From assembly GCA_964485575.1 (NCBI GenBank), contig CAZAJO010000010.1:450-64449 (forward strand): 64,000 nt of DNA. Reading direction: 5' to 3'. This stretch comes from an uncultured Gammaproteobacteria bacterium (GTDB lineage Bacteria; Patescibacteriota; Microgenomatia; Levybacterales; GWA1-39-11). This document shows, piece after piece, positions 47,860 to 56,938 of the stretch. The position numbers and the translations under genes are program-made. The notes under the pieces were generated by a model. It did not search any database, was not told where the DNA came from, and was given only the letters and a program-made list of their open reading frames with translations. Position 1 is the stretch's first letter. Each line of letters starts with the position of its first letter.

Positions 47860-48320
47860 TTTTGATAGGGATTGAGGGGGACTTTTTAGATCCCCCTCGA
47901 GTTAACAGCGGTACTTTGGTCACTATTGGTCGCTTAGGGTCGCTTCCTTGACGTAGGTCAATGTCCCGTGGATGTATCCCATGGCTTTGAATAGAACTGT
48001 TTCGACGAGCAAAAGGGTGAAGAGGGTAAAACCGTAGTCCACGGGTGAAAGCAGCGCAAGCGCTACGTCCACTCCGAGAATGACAGCTATAACCATCCTC
48101 ACGCCGATATTCTCGACGAATCGGTTCATGGCCCCCGTTTTCCGGTGGATATTCTCCCCGAATTCGGTAAGCCCACTGACTTCGGAAGACACGTCTTCCG
48201 AAACCCCGCGAACCCCCCGCGCTACGAGTGTAACGTAGGGTGCTCCCTCCCTTTTGGGTAAGAAGCAAGCTGGAATTTGCATTCTTTCCTCCGTTTCTGA
48301 CCGATGAGACCAATTGTTCC
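47860..48320. other. GC-elevated (about 50%+) 450-bp segment between fpg and the VKOR-like gene; candidate structured ncRNA and/or small 2-TM protein gene (minus strand)
   Basis: Composition differs from the flanks. It begins with a perfect hairpin GAGGGGGA-ctttttaga-TCCCCCTC (47868-47892). The minus-strand ORF 47923..48357 has a plausible 68-aa C-terminal 2-TM segment (MNRFVENIGVRMVIAVILGV...). The other minus ORF (47798..48313) is Arg-rich shadow. No rRNA, RNase P, tmRNA or SRP signature could be confirmed by eye. Confidence 0.3.
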
Positions 48321-48418
48321 GCTGTAAACTTAAAAAAAATTGTGCCTGTATTCTCACGGCGATTGCAAGAAAACTAGCCCAAAGATTCTACCACTATAGG
48401 TTTAAGAAGGCAACAGAT

Positions 48419-48949
48419 TTATCTTATATTGCAGACCTTAACGAGGGTTCGAATATTATAAAGCAGAGACACGGTAAGGATTATTATCGAAACAACATAT
48501 AATTCAAGTCCATGGAGGGGTAGGAGAGCGAGTACTCCTCCGAGACCCACAAGTGAGGCAATTGAGAGTCCGCAGGAGGCGCACCCGGTTGCTGCTATCG
48601 TAATAAGTCCAGTGCCAATTGTTACATGAAGGTTCCCGTAAGACGCTAGAAATTTTATTTTCCTAAATACTAATTCTATATTCACCCCAAAAAGTATCGC
48701 CGTTGTGAGTAGAAGAATAGTATCGCGGGTTGATAGTGCCTGAAAAGACCCAAAAAAAATCAACAACAATATCTTAAGTTTTGGTAAAAGATCATATTCA
48801 CTTCTCCCAAAGCTAATAAATGATTTGTAATTTACCAGAATAATTGATAGCGCGAGATACACAAAAGCAGCCAATAACGCTTTAGCAACAAATTTTCTCT
48901 TTTTCGATTCTTGGAATAATACCGTTAAAAGGAACAGGAGATATTTCAC
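48419..48949 (-). CDS. Vitamin K epoxide reductase (VKOR)-like polytopic membrane protein
   Basis: 176 aa, 4-5 TM helices, with a CxxC (TGCASCGL) in a C-terminal TM. It sits directly next to a DsbA-like gene, the usual VKOR-DsbA pairing in bacteria lacking DsbB. Confidence 0.55.
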   Translation of the reverse strand: MKYLLFLLTVLFQESKKRKFVAKALLAAFVYLALSIILVNYKSFISFGRSEYDLLPKLKILLLIFFGSFQALSTRDTILLLTTAILFGVNIELVFRKIKFLASYGNLHVTIGTGLITIAATGCASCGLSIASLVGLGGVLALLPLHGLELYVVSIIILTVSLLYNIRTLVKVCNIR

Positions 48950-48955
48950 CTCAAT

Positions 48956-49738
48956 TTATTTGAGTTCTTCGTCAATTATTGCCTTGAATGCTGCAAATGG
49001 TTGAGCACCAACCAATTGCTTTCCATTTATATAAAATGTTGGAGTTCCGCTTACCCCAACCGCAGCCCCAGCAGTATTGTCTTCATCAATTTCTTTTTGG
49101 TGGGTTTTTGCGTCATAGCAACTGTTAAATGAAGCTGTATCAAGGCCAAGATCGCCGGCCCATGCTTTTATTTGATCATCTGTCATAGTTGCAACTGTTG
49201 CATTGTTATCAAAAATCTTGTCATGCATTTTCCAGAAAGCATCCTGGTCATTTGCACATTCAGCTGCATGTGCTAAAGGAACTGCCTTGGGGTGGAAAGG
49301 AAGAGGGTAATGTCTGTAATAAAGTTTTACTTTTCCTGTGTCAATATAGTCTTTCTTTAATTGTGGTAGTGTATCGGTATAAAATCTGCCGCAGAATGGA
49401 CATTCAAAGTCAGAAAATTCAACAATAGTTACTTTTGCATTATTATTTCCCTCAACTGGTAGGTGACCCATTTTGAGGTCTTTTTTTACTTGTTCAGGAT
49501 CTGGTGCTACTGGTTGTTGGGGAGCTTGCTGCCCTGCTGGTGCGACTGCTGTTGGAGCCGCAGCTACAGGTTCTTTTTGGAGAGCTTCGACTTTACCAAG
49601 TAAGTATCCAATGACAAGAAAAGCGACAAGCAAAAGGACGTAAACAAGTTTTGAACCAATAGTTTTTAATGGAGTATTCAAAATAAGTGTTCCAATTGTC
49701 ATTTTTCCAGAGGATTTACTCGACGCCATATGTAACAC
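48956..49738 (-). CDS. DsbA-family thioredoxin-fold thiol:disulfide oxidoreductase, membrane-anchored
   Basis: 260 aa. N-terminal TM, Pro/Ala/Gln-rich linker, active-site CPFCGRF. Confidence 0.8.
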   Translation of the reverse strand: MLHMASSKSSGKMTIGTLILNTPLKTIGSKLVYVLLLVAFLVIGYLLGKVEALQKEPVAAAPTAVAPAGQQAPQQPVAPDPEQVKKDLKMGHLPVEGNNNAKVTIVEFSDFECPFCGRFYTDTLPQLKKDYIDTGKVKLYYRHYPLPFHPKAVPLAHAAECANDQDAFWKMHDKIFDNNATVATMTDDQIKAWAGDLGLDTASFNSCYDAKTHQKEIDEDNTAGAAVGVSGTPTFYINGKQLVGAQPFAAFKAIIDEELK

Positions 49739-49874
49739 TATGCCAGATTATTTTTTTTATGTCAAGGCGTTTCTAAAAGGGTACTTTTGGAAGTTGAGAA
49801 TATATTTTGTTTTTGCTATAGTGGCAAAAGCTCCATAAGTTAACTAACAGCATGGCCCTTGATTTGAAGCTAAT

Positions 49875-50582
49875 ATGTCCAATAAAAAGGAAAAAATAGT
49901 ACTTTCTCTCGGAGGTTCACTCGTAGTTCCAGAAGGCGGTCTCAATATAGAATTTTTGAAAAATTTCAATAATTTTATACGAGCTAGTCTTAAAAAAAAT
50001 CCTGATTTACAATTCTTTATTGTTGTTGGTGGAGGAACAATTGCCCGGGAATATAGAGATGCTGGTGAAGAAGTACTGGGGCACGCACTAACCCATGAAG
50101 ATTTGGATTGGCTTGGCATTCATGCAACAAGACTTAATGCTCAACTCATAAGAACTATCTTTAGGGATATTGCCCACCCTCATCTTATCAAGCACTATGA
50201 AATCATAAGAAAAGTGAATGAGCCGGTTGTCGTTGCAGCAGGTTGGAAACCGGGCTGGTCAACAGATTTTTGTGCAGTGCTGGTATGTGAAGACTATGAT
50301 GTGGCAAAAATTGTCAATTTAAGTAATATTGACGCAGCATATGACAGCGACCCTCGTAAAAATCCAAAGGCAAAAAAGATAGAGGCTTGCACATGGAAGG
50401 AATTCAGAAAACTAGTTGGGGATAAATGGACCCCCGGGATGAATGCGCCGTTTGATCCTGTTGCCTCCCGTCAGGCACAGGAAATGGGACTTACGACCGT
50501 GATTCTAAAGGGAACCAATTTTTCAAACCTCACAAATTACATGGAAGGCAAGAAATTCGAAGGAACAGTGGTGCAAGGCTAA
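49875..50582 (+). CDS. pyrH: UMP kinase, archaeal/eukaryal-like short form (amino-acid-kinase fold)
   Basis: 235 aa. LSLGGSLVV N-terminal glycine loop and VVGGGTIAREY. Confidence 0.65.
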   Translation: MSNKKEKIVLSLGGSLVVPEGGLNIEFLKNFNNFIRASLKKNPDLQFFIVVGGGTIAREYRDAGEEVLGHALTHEDLDWLGIHATRLNAQLIRTIFRDIAHPHLIKHYEIIRKVNEPVVVAAGWKPGWSTDFCAVLVCEDYDVAKIVNLSNIDAAYDSDPRKNPKAKKIEACTWKEFRKLVGDKWTPGMNAPFDPVASRQAQEMGLTTVILKGTNFSNLTNYMEGKKFEGTVVQG

Positions 50583-50618
50583 TTCGCGTTTAGGGTTTAG
50601 TTGAGCTAAAATTAATCC

Positions 50619-51437
50619 ATGCAAGAGTTTAACCCCGAAGAGCTTAAGAAATTATATATTCCTGCCTCTTCTTCCCACAAAGCCCAGAATGGCAAAGTGA
50701 TGCTCATTGCTGGTAGCAAATTATTCCACGCTGCAAGTATCTGGCCCCTTACGACAATTTCTCGGATTGTTGATATGGTTTTTTACGCCTCAACTTCTGA
50801 GAATAATGAGAATGTGACTAAGATGAAGGAGAAGTTTTTAAATGGTATAGTTATTCCTCGAGAAAAAATTGATGACTATATTTTAGAGGCAGACTGTATT
50901 TTGATCGGACCTGGAATGCCACGGGAAAGTGGTCAGCAAGAAGGGGATGATGACACAAAAGTACTTACGGAAAGTTTGCTTACTAAATATAAAGATAAAA
51001 AATGGGTAGTAGATGGAGGAAGTCTTCAGACAATAAGCCCTGAAATATTGCCGCCAACTGCAATAGTTACCCCTCACAAAGGAGAGTTTTTGAAGCTGTT
51101 TGGAACTGAACCAACGGAAGTATCGGTACCCGAAATGGCAAGAAAATATAATATTGTCATTCTTTCAAAAGGAGAGGTTGATATTGTTAGTTCTCCCAGG
51201 GAAACAGTGAAGGTGACAGGCGGAAATGCTGGAATGACAAAGGGTGGGACTGGGGATGTTTTGGCAGGACTTACAGCTGCCCTATATTCAAAAAATGAAG
51301 CTTTTCCATCAGCATGTGCTGCTTCTTATATCAATAAAAAAGCAGGGGAAAGCTTAGAAAAGAGTATGGGACTTTACTTTAATGCTTCAGATTTATCCTC
51401 CGAAATCCCGAAGGTTATGAAAGAAACTATTCTATAG
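50619..51437 (+). CDS. nnrD: ADP/ATP-dependent NAD(P)H-hydrate dehydratase (YjeF C-terminal domain, Nnr-like)
   Basis: 272 aa. KGGTGDVLAGL signature of the ribokinase-like YjeF-C family. Confidence 0.75.
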   Translation: MQEFNPEELKKLYIPASSSHKAQNGKVMLIAGSKLFHAASIWPLTTISRIVDMVFYASTSENNENVTKMKEKFLNGIVIPREKIDDYILEADCILIGPGMPRESGQQEGDDDTKVLTESLLTKYKDKKWVVDGGSLQTISPEILPPTAIVTPHKGEFLKLFGTEPTEVSVPEMARKYNIVILSKGEVDIVSSPRETVKVTGGNAGMTKGGTGDVLAGLTAALYSKNEAFPSACAASYINKKAGESLEKSMGLYFNASDLSSEIPKVMKETIL

Positions 51438-51909
51438 GGAATATTTTTTGAGGAGGACAAAGATCTATTCCGGTACCCCACCCAAAACGATTGAGGTCAG
51501 ACCCTAGGGTTGTTTGCTCTTGACCAGTATAAAGTAAGTTTACCCCAATTCGTGTATATAAAGAAGGTGATACTCCGTCTAATTCTGAATATAAGAGTTC
51601 GTTACTAAAAAAACCGGTAGATTTACGGTGATATTTAACAATAAAGTCGAGTATAGTAAAGCCCATCTCATATTTTTTTAGCATTGCATGCACCTCGGAT
51701 GGTTCGAATTCACAATGATATTCAAAAGCATTACCTAGTGAGTCAGCAAGTTCTTCTTGTGACCAAGCTTCATCATACTCAGGATGCTTTTGAGCTTCCC
51801 CAAGTAAGTTTGCAGCCTGGTATTCAAACAATGATTTTAGAGCACCAGTTTCCTTCTGTGGTTTTTGCCGTTTAAAAAAAATTGATTCTGATAGTGTTTC
51901 GTTTGTCAC
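51427..51909 (-). CDS. Hypothetical protein, translationally coupled downstream of recF
   Basis: 160 aa. Overlaps the recF stop by 4 nt. No motif recognised. Confidence 0.4.
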   Translation of the reverse strand: MTNETLSESIFFKRQKPQKETGALKSLFEYQAANLLGEAQKHPEYDEAWSQEELADSLGNAFEYHCEFEPSEVHAMLKKYEMGFTILDFIVKYHRKSTGFFSNELLYSELDGVSPSLYTRIGVNLLYTGQEQTTLGSDLNRFGWGTGIDLCPPQKIFPIE

Positions 51910-52952
51910 AGTTCGATAATTTCTACTTCTTCCTTATCCAAAATCTTTTTTGGTACGAATTCTTTGTGGGTAGTTGTTAAAATTGTCTGCTGGTGGGGAA
52001 GTAGGTCAAGGACTCTATGGATATTAGTATTATCAAGCTCTGAGAAAATATCATCTAACAGCAGTGTTGGAGTCACTCCCGTTTTTTCTTTTATATAGAA
52101 AGTCTCCAAGATCTTCATCTGAAAAATTGTTAGACGCTGTTCTCCGCGAGATCCAAATTCAGAAATTGGCTTTTCAGTTCCTTCAAACCGAAAGAAAAAA
52201 TCATCTCTATTTGGTCCAACAAGAGTTGTTGCGGTTGCGCGTTCAGCATCATGGTACTTATCTAACCGCTCACGAGTAATTGTGCTTTTGTCGTAAAAAA
52301 TAGCGAATGGAAAAACTTCTTTTTTGTGCTCATTAATGTAGGTAACGAGTTGTTCCCGAAATTCGGTTACTATCCCCCCATTATTTATGAGGATATTGTC
52401 CCAATACTCAAAATCAGCTGGGGAGAAGTACTTTTTTCCTTCTCGGGTTAGCCAAAGCATACGATTTCTTTGCCTCAAAGCCTTTTCATAAATTCCTATA
52501 CTCATCCTGTATTTCTTGTCAGTTTGGGAAAGAACGGAGTTTATGTAATTGCGTCTTAGTGAGGGCGAGTCAGTTATAATTTCAAGATCCTCTGGGGTAA
52601 AAAGGACTGATGGAAAACGGGAGGTAAAATCTATTTGTCGCCTGGCTACGTTATTGACCAAAAATTTCTTCGAAAATCTATTTTCTTTGACAGCCAGAAT
52701 ACCGGTGAGAGCAACTGTTCCATCATCCTCACTTACCTTTGCCTCAATCCTCGCAAAATCGTGTCCTTCAGTTATGATGTCCATGTCCCTCTCAGCCTTA
52801 AAGCTTTTTCCATGGGACAAAAATTGAATTGCTTCAAGAATGGATGTTTTTCCAACAGTATTGCGGCCAATAATTACGGTAGTTAACGGGAATGTAAAAG
52901 TTGCGTTTTTGTGATTGCGGACGTTTTTGAGTTTGAGAGATATAAGCGACAT
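51906..52952 (-). CDS. recF: DNA replication and repair protein RecF
   Basis: 348 aa. N-terminal Walker A GRNTVGKTSILEAI, SMC-like signature and Walker B near the C-terminus (LLLDDIFSELD). Confidence 0.88.
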   Translation of the reverse strand: MSLISLKLKNVRNHKNATFTFPLTTVIIGRNTVGKTSILEAIQFLSHGKSFKAERDMDIITEGHDFARIEAKVSEDDGTVALTGILAVKENRFSKKFLVNNVARRQIDFTSRFPSVLFTPEDLEIITDSPSLRRNYINSVLSQTDKKYRMSIGIYEKALRQRNRMLWLTREGKKYFSPADFEYWDNILINNGGIVTEFREQLVTYINEHKKEVFPFAIFYDKSTITRERLDKYHDAERATATTLVGPNRDDFFFRFEGTEKPISEFGSRGEQRLTIFQMKILETFYIKEKTGVTPTLLLDDIFSELDNTNIHRVLDLLPHQQTILTTTHKEFVPKKILDKEEVEIIEL

Positions 52953-52971
52953 GTCGCTAATATATCACAAA

Positions 52972-53250
52972 TCATTTCTTCTCTTCTTTTGCCTCAAGTC
53001 GGCGAAGAACTTTGGATAGTTGGTACGTTACAAGCACAGCAATCAATGTTATGACAATAGCGTAAATTGCAAGAGAAGTTATCTTTCCTCCACCCGGTAA
53101 CCAAGCTTTTATATATGTATCAACAAATTCTTGGATCAGTGAGTTCCAGGCAAGAGCAGCAACGAGTCCGAAAGCAGCTGTTGCAAGTGTTAGCATTTGT
53201 CTTACCAATTCGATGGTAAATTTGAGGTTTGAAGTTTTAAGTGCGGCCAT
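52972..53250 (-). CDS. Small 2-TM membrane protein
   Basis: The ORF track extends to 53388. The internal Met (MAALKTSNLKF...) gives a 93-aa product and avoids overlap with the divergent Fic gene. Two clear TM helices. Confidence 0.4.
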   Translation of the reverse strand: MAALKTSNLKFTIELVRQMLTLATAAFGLVAALAWNSLIQEFVDTYIKAWLPGGGKITSLAIYAIVITLIAVLVTYQLSKVLRRLEAKEEKK

Positions 53251-53304
53251 ACCTTGATATAATACTACAAGTAAATAAATATACAACTGACTAATCACTA
53301 AATT

Positions 53305-54339
53305 ATGTACAGACCAGCATTTTCCATCACCAACAAAATTCTCAAAAACATCGGCGAGATCGAAGCAGCAAAAGAGGTTATTGAACACGCACCCCTACTT
53401 CCCTATTGGGAAAAGAGATTTCAAGACGAAGCAATACTTCGTACAACTCACTATGGAACCCACATTGAGGGGAATGAACTTTCTCTAACTCAGGTGCAAA
53501 AAGTTTTTGACGGAGAGAGGATAGTAGCGAGAGATAGGGACGTTCAGGAGGTTATAAATTATAGGAAAGTTGTTGAATATATTGGGGACAAAAAAGATGT
53601 AAAGATTGACGAAGGAACCATACAGGAGTTGCACAGGTTGGTTGTAGAAAAACTTCTTGATGACGATGTTTCTGGCAAATACCGAGAAAAGGAAGTAGTT
53701 ATACGAAATAGCATCACGGGTGACGTATCTTTTCGTCCTCCTCATGCAGTTGAAGTTGAGTGGCAGATGAAGGACTTGGTGGAATTTATCAATGAGGAAA
53801 AAGAGATACACCCGGTACTAAAGGCTGGTATTGTTCACTACGAATTTGTGAGAGTCCACCCATTTTTGGATGGAAATGGGAGAGTAGGACGTGCTCTATC
53901 TATGCTCGTTCTTTTTTCTGACGGTTATGATATCCGGGAATTTTTCTCTTTAGAAGAACATTTTGACCGAAATGCTGAGGAGTATTATAAATCACTTCAG
54001 AGTGTTGCGGCCAATAATGGGGATGTCACTGCGTGGCTAGAATACTTTACACAGTGTCTCGCTATTGAGCTCTCAAAGATAAAAGAAAAGATAGAGCACA
54101 TCTCAATTGATAGTAAATTGAAAGAAAAGTTAGGTGGCGCACCGGTTATGTTGTCTGAAAGACAATTAAAACTTATCGAATATATGCAGGAGATTGGATA
54201 TCTTGAAAATAAATCTTTCTCAAGTCTTTTTCCCGATATATCAGAAGATTCTGTTCTTCGTGAGGTACAAGATTTGGTAAAAAAAGGTATAATCGTCAAG
54301 AAAGGAAAGACTAAAGGGGTTAAATACCTCATGGCTTAA
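53305..54339 (+). CDS. Fic/Doc family protein (Fido domain) with a C-terminal winged-helix domain
   Basis: 344 aa. Canonical Fic motif HPFLDGNGRVGRAL. The C-terminal segment looks wHTH-like. Confidence 0.85.
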   Translation: MYRPAFSITNKILKNIGEIEAAKEVIEHAPLLPYWEKRFQDEAILRTTHYGTHIEGNELSLTQVQKVFDGERIVARDRDVQEVINYRKVVEYIGDKKDVKIDEGTIQELHRLVVEKLLDDDVSGKYREKEVVIRNSITGDVSFRPPHAVEVEWQMKDLVEFINEEKEIHPVLKAGIVHYEFVRVHPFLDGNGRVGRALSMLVLFSDGYDIREFFSLEEHFDRNAEEYYKSLQSVAANNGDVTAWLEYFTQCLAIELSKIKEKIEHISIDSKLKEKLGGAPVMLSERQLKLIEYMQEIGYLENKSFSSLFPDISEDSVLREVQDLVKKGIIVKKGKTKGVKYLMA

Positions 54340-54340
54340 A

Positions 54341-54853
54341 ATGGAAGTAACTAATGGGATAGACAAAGATAAAGAGAGTTTTGATACGCATAGACACCTA
54401 GCACCAGCCGAACATGTTGTCATTGGTAGTACAGCAAAGGTAGGGGATGGTACTTTTGGAAGTTTAGATTTTTTTAGGATTATAGAAGAAGGGGGAATTA
54501 CTGAAGAATATAGAAGACCACCTGCAGTAAAAGATGGAGGAGTCGAGGCGGCGAATAATGTGAGGAAAAAGGCATATCTTGCTGGTGCTTTAGCTCCATT
54601 CACTATCGATCAGGTAGACATAATGTTTGCCTATCCACACACTTCTCAGGCTTTTTTTCCTGGGCCACTTAGCGAGAAAGGTTTGATTGGTGAAGATTTT
54701 AAAGTTGCGATAGTGGATACTGAAACCGATGAAATTGTTCACCCTGAACTCCTTGATAAACTCGCATTGACTGGTAAATGGGTAACAACATACGAGATAA
54801 ATCATCAAGGGGACCATGTATTGGTTACTCCCAAAACTCCAATATTTAAATGA
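54341..54853 (+). CDS. Hypothetical protein between fic and the ATP-dependent ligase
   Basis: 170 aa. Starts 2 nt after the fic stop, and its stop overlaps the ligase start. No motif recognised. Confidence 0.4.
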   Translation: MEVTNGIDKDKESFDTHRHLAPAEHVVIGSTAKVGDGTFGSLDFFRIIEEGGITEEYRRPPAVKDGGVEAANNVRKKAYLAGALAPFTIDQVDIMFAYPHTSQAFFPGPLSEKGLIGEDFKVAIVDTETDEIVHPELLDKLALTGKWVTTYEINHQGDHVLVTPKTPIFK

Positions 54854-56616
54854 AGTTTAAAGACCTTTCCATTTATCTCCAAAAATTAGAAAACACAGCG
54901 TCAAGAAATGACATGATTCTACTCCTGGCAGAACTTTTTAAAGAAGTGCCAGCAAATGACTTTGATAAAGTCATGTATTTACTTCAGGGTAGAGTAGTTC
55001 CTTTGTATGTAAATGTAGAATTTGGGATGGCCGATAAGATGGTTTTAAAGGCCCTCTCGATAGCACATGGAATTGACGAAAAAGAGTTATCAGTGGAGTT
55101 TAAAAAAATTGGAGATATAGGAGATCTTTCTGAGAAGTTATCAGCAGGAGATACAGGTAAGCGTCAAGAAGTGACGATTGATCACGTTTTTGGCGAATTA
55201 GAAAAGATCGCAAAAATAAGTGGAGAGGGAAGTGTCGAGCAAAAAACTAGCACACTATCTAATTTACTGCAAGAAAGCGATCCTCTGTCCTGCCGATACA
55301 TTGCGCGTATCCCAGTTGCCAAATTAAGACTCGGATTTTCTGACATGACGGTTCTTGATTCTTTATCCTGGATGCTAAAAGGAGACAAATCACTTCGTCC
55401 TATAATTGAGAAAGCTTATAACATAAGACCAGACTTGGGATACATCGGCAAGTTGATAAAAGAAAAGGGAGTAGAGGGTCTTAACTCTACAAAACCTACT
55501 GTTGGCACACCAGTTCTCATGGCACGTGCCGAGAGGTTATCTTCGGGACAGGAAATAGTGGACAAGATTGGTGAATGCGCTGTCGAGCCAAAGTTTGACG
55601 GATTTCGTATTCAAGCACATTACAGTAAGCGCGATGGAGTTAAATTGTTCACCCGAGGACTTGAGGAGGTAACCTTCATGTACCCAGATATTGAGGCAGG
55701 AATTATTGAACAGGTGAAAGCAGATGAGGCAATTTTTGAAGGAGAGGCTATCGCATATAATCCCGCTACCAACGAATATCTTCCTTTTCAACTTACCTCA
55801 CAGCGAAAAAGAAAATACGATATCGAGGAGATGGCCAGAAAAATCCCCCTCAAGTATATGGTTTTTGATCTGCTTTATATAAATGGAAAAAATATGATTT
55901 CAGAAACTTACGAAATTAGGAGAGCTGGGTTTGCGGACCTGATGAGCGAGGGTGCTGTTCTTTATCCTTCCGACGAAAAGAAATTCTCGGACGGGAAAGA
56001 AATAGAAAATTATTTTGACAAATGCATTGCTGATGGGCTTGAGGGGATTTTGGCCAAAAAGTTGGATGGATCTTATCAGGCAGGAGCAAGAAGCTGGAAT
56101 TGGATTAAGTTAAAAAGGTCATATCAGTCAAAACTTGATGACACGATTGACTGTGTTGTTATGGGGTATTACTACGGTCGTGGGAAAAGAACGAGCTTTG
56201 GAATAGGGGCATTTCTTATCGGTATTTATGACGAATCACAGGATAAATTTATGACAATTGCAAAAGTCGGAACCGGACTAACGGATGAGGAGTGGAAGGA
56301 GTTGGCCAAAAGAGGGGATAAATTAAAATCCAAGACAAAGCCAACACTCTACGAAGTTGATAAGTGGTTGGAGCCTGATGTGTGGATAACGCCTGAAATC
56401 GTAGTTGAGATACGAGCAGATGAATTGACCCGTTCCCCCATACATACTGCGGGACGCATTATGAAGGCCTCAAAATCGGGATCTGCATTTGATGTAGACG
56501 TTGCTGGATATGCGCTTCGTTTCCCGCGCCTAGAGCGATTCCGTGACGACAAAAAAAGTACTGACTCAACGACTTTAAAGGAAGTAGAGGAAATATTTAA
56601 GTTGCAGAAAAAGTGA
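54850..56616 (+). CDS. ATP-dependent DNA ligase (archaeal/eukaryal Lig I-like)
   Basis: 588 aa. Adenylation motif I KxDG (EPKFDGFRIQAH), then motifs III-V and an OB domain. Confidence 0.85.
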   Translation: MKFKDLSIYLQKLENTASRNDMILLLAELFKEVPANDFDKVMYLLQGRVVPLYVNVEFGMADKMVLKALSIAHGIDEKELSVEFKKIGDIGDLSEKLSAGDTGKRQEVTIDHVFGELEKIAKISGEGSVEQKTSTLSNLLQESDPLSCRYIARIPVAKLRLGFSDMTVLDSLSWMLKGDKSLRPIIEKAYNIRPDLGYIGKLIKEKGVEGLNSTKPTVGTPVLMARAERLSSGQEIVDKIGECAVEPKFDGFRIQAHYSKRDGVKLFTRGLEEVTFMYPDIEAGIIEQVKADEAIFEGEAIAYNPATNEYLPFQLTSQRKRKYDIEEMARKIPLKYMVFDLLYINGKNMISETYEIRRAGFADLMSEGAVLYPSDEKKFSDGKEIENYFDKCIADGLEGILAKKLDGSYQAGARSWNWIKLKRSYQSKLDDTIDCVVMGYYYGRGKRTSFGIGAFLIGIYDESQDKFMTIAKVGTGLTDEEWKELAKRGDKLKSKTKPTLYEVDKWLEPDVWITPEIVVEIRADELTRSPIHTAGRIMKASKSGSAFDVDVAGYALRFPRLERFRDDKKSTDSTTLKEVEEIFKLQKK

Positions 56617-56617
56617 A

Positions 56618-56923
56618 CTAATGACAGGGGCGAGGATCAGGTATTCCGCTAAATGTAGATACTAGATTTTCAGATGCTGGTTTTATGGATCCAAGTTCAG
56701 CCACAACCAGTTTAAATCCGCTTACCAATTCTATCGAACCTTCATCGAGTAATGAAACTGCTGCGGCCGAGATGTGCGTCTTATCAATGCCGGTTGCATC
56801 GGAAATATATTCCGAATGAGCCTGATCTCTATTGTTAGCAACAGATTGTAGGACAAGCTCTTGGATTTCAACAAAAGTAAACTTATTTTCAGCTGACATA
56901 TTTAGAATTATAATTGCAAACAA
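56618..56923 (-). CDS. Small winged-helix DNA-binding protein (putative regulator)
   Basis: 101 aa. HTH-like ISDATGIDKTHISAAAVSLLDEGSIE. The start may be the internal Met (MSAENKF). Confidence 0.4.
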   Translation of the reverse strand: MFAIIILNMSAENKFTFVEIQELVLQSVANNRDQAHSEYISDATGIDKTHISAAAVSLLDEGSIELVSGFKLVVAELGSIKPASENLVSTFSGIPDPRPCH

Positions 56924-56938
56924 GATAATTGCAAATTT

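Noticed and set aside
47798-48313. 171-aa minus-strand ORF in the GC-elevated segment
   Set aside because: Arg/Gly/Ser-rich low-complexity translation with no hydrophobic core, characteristic of a spurious frame in GC-rich DNA. The overlapping frame with a 2-TM peptide is more plausible but still uncertain.
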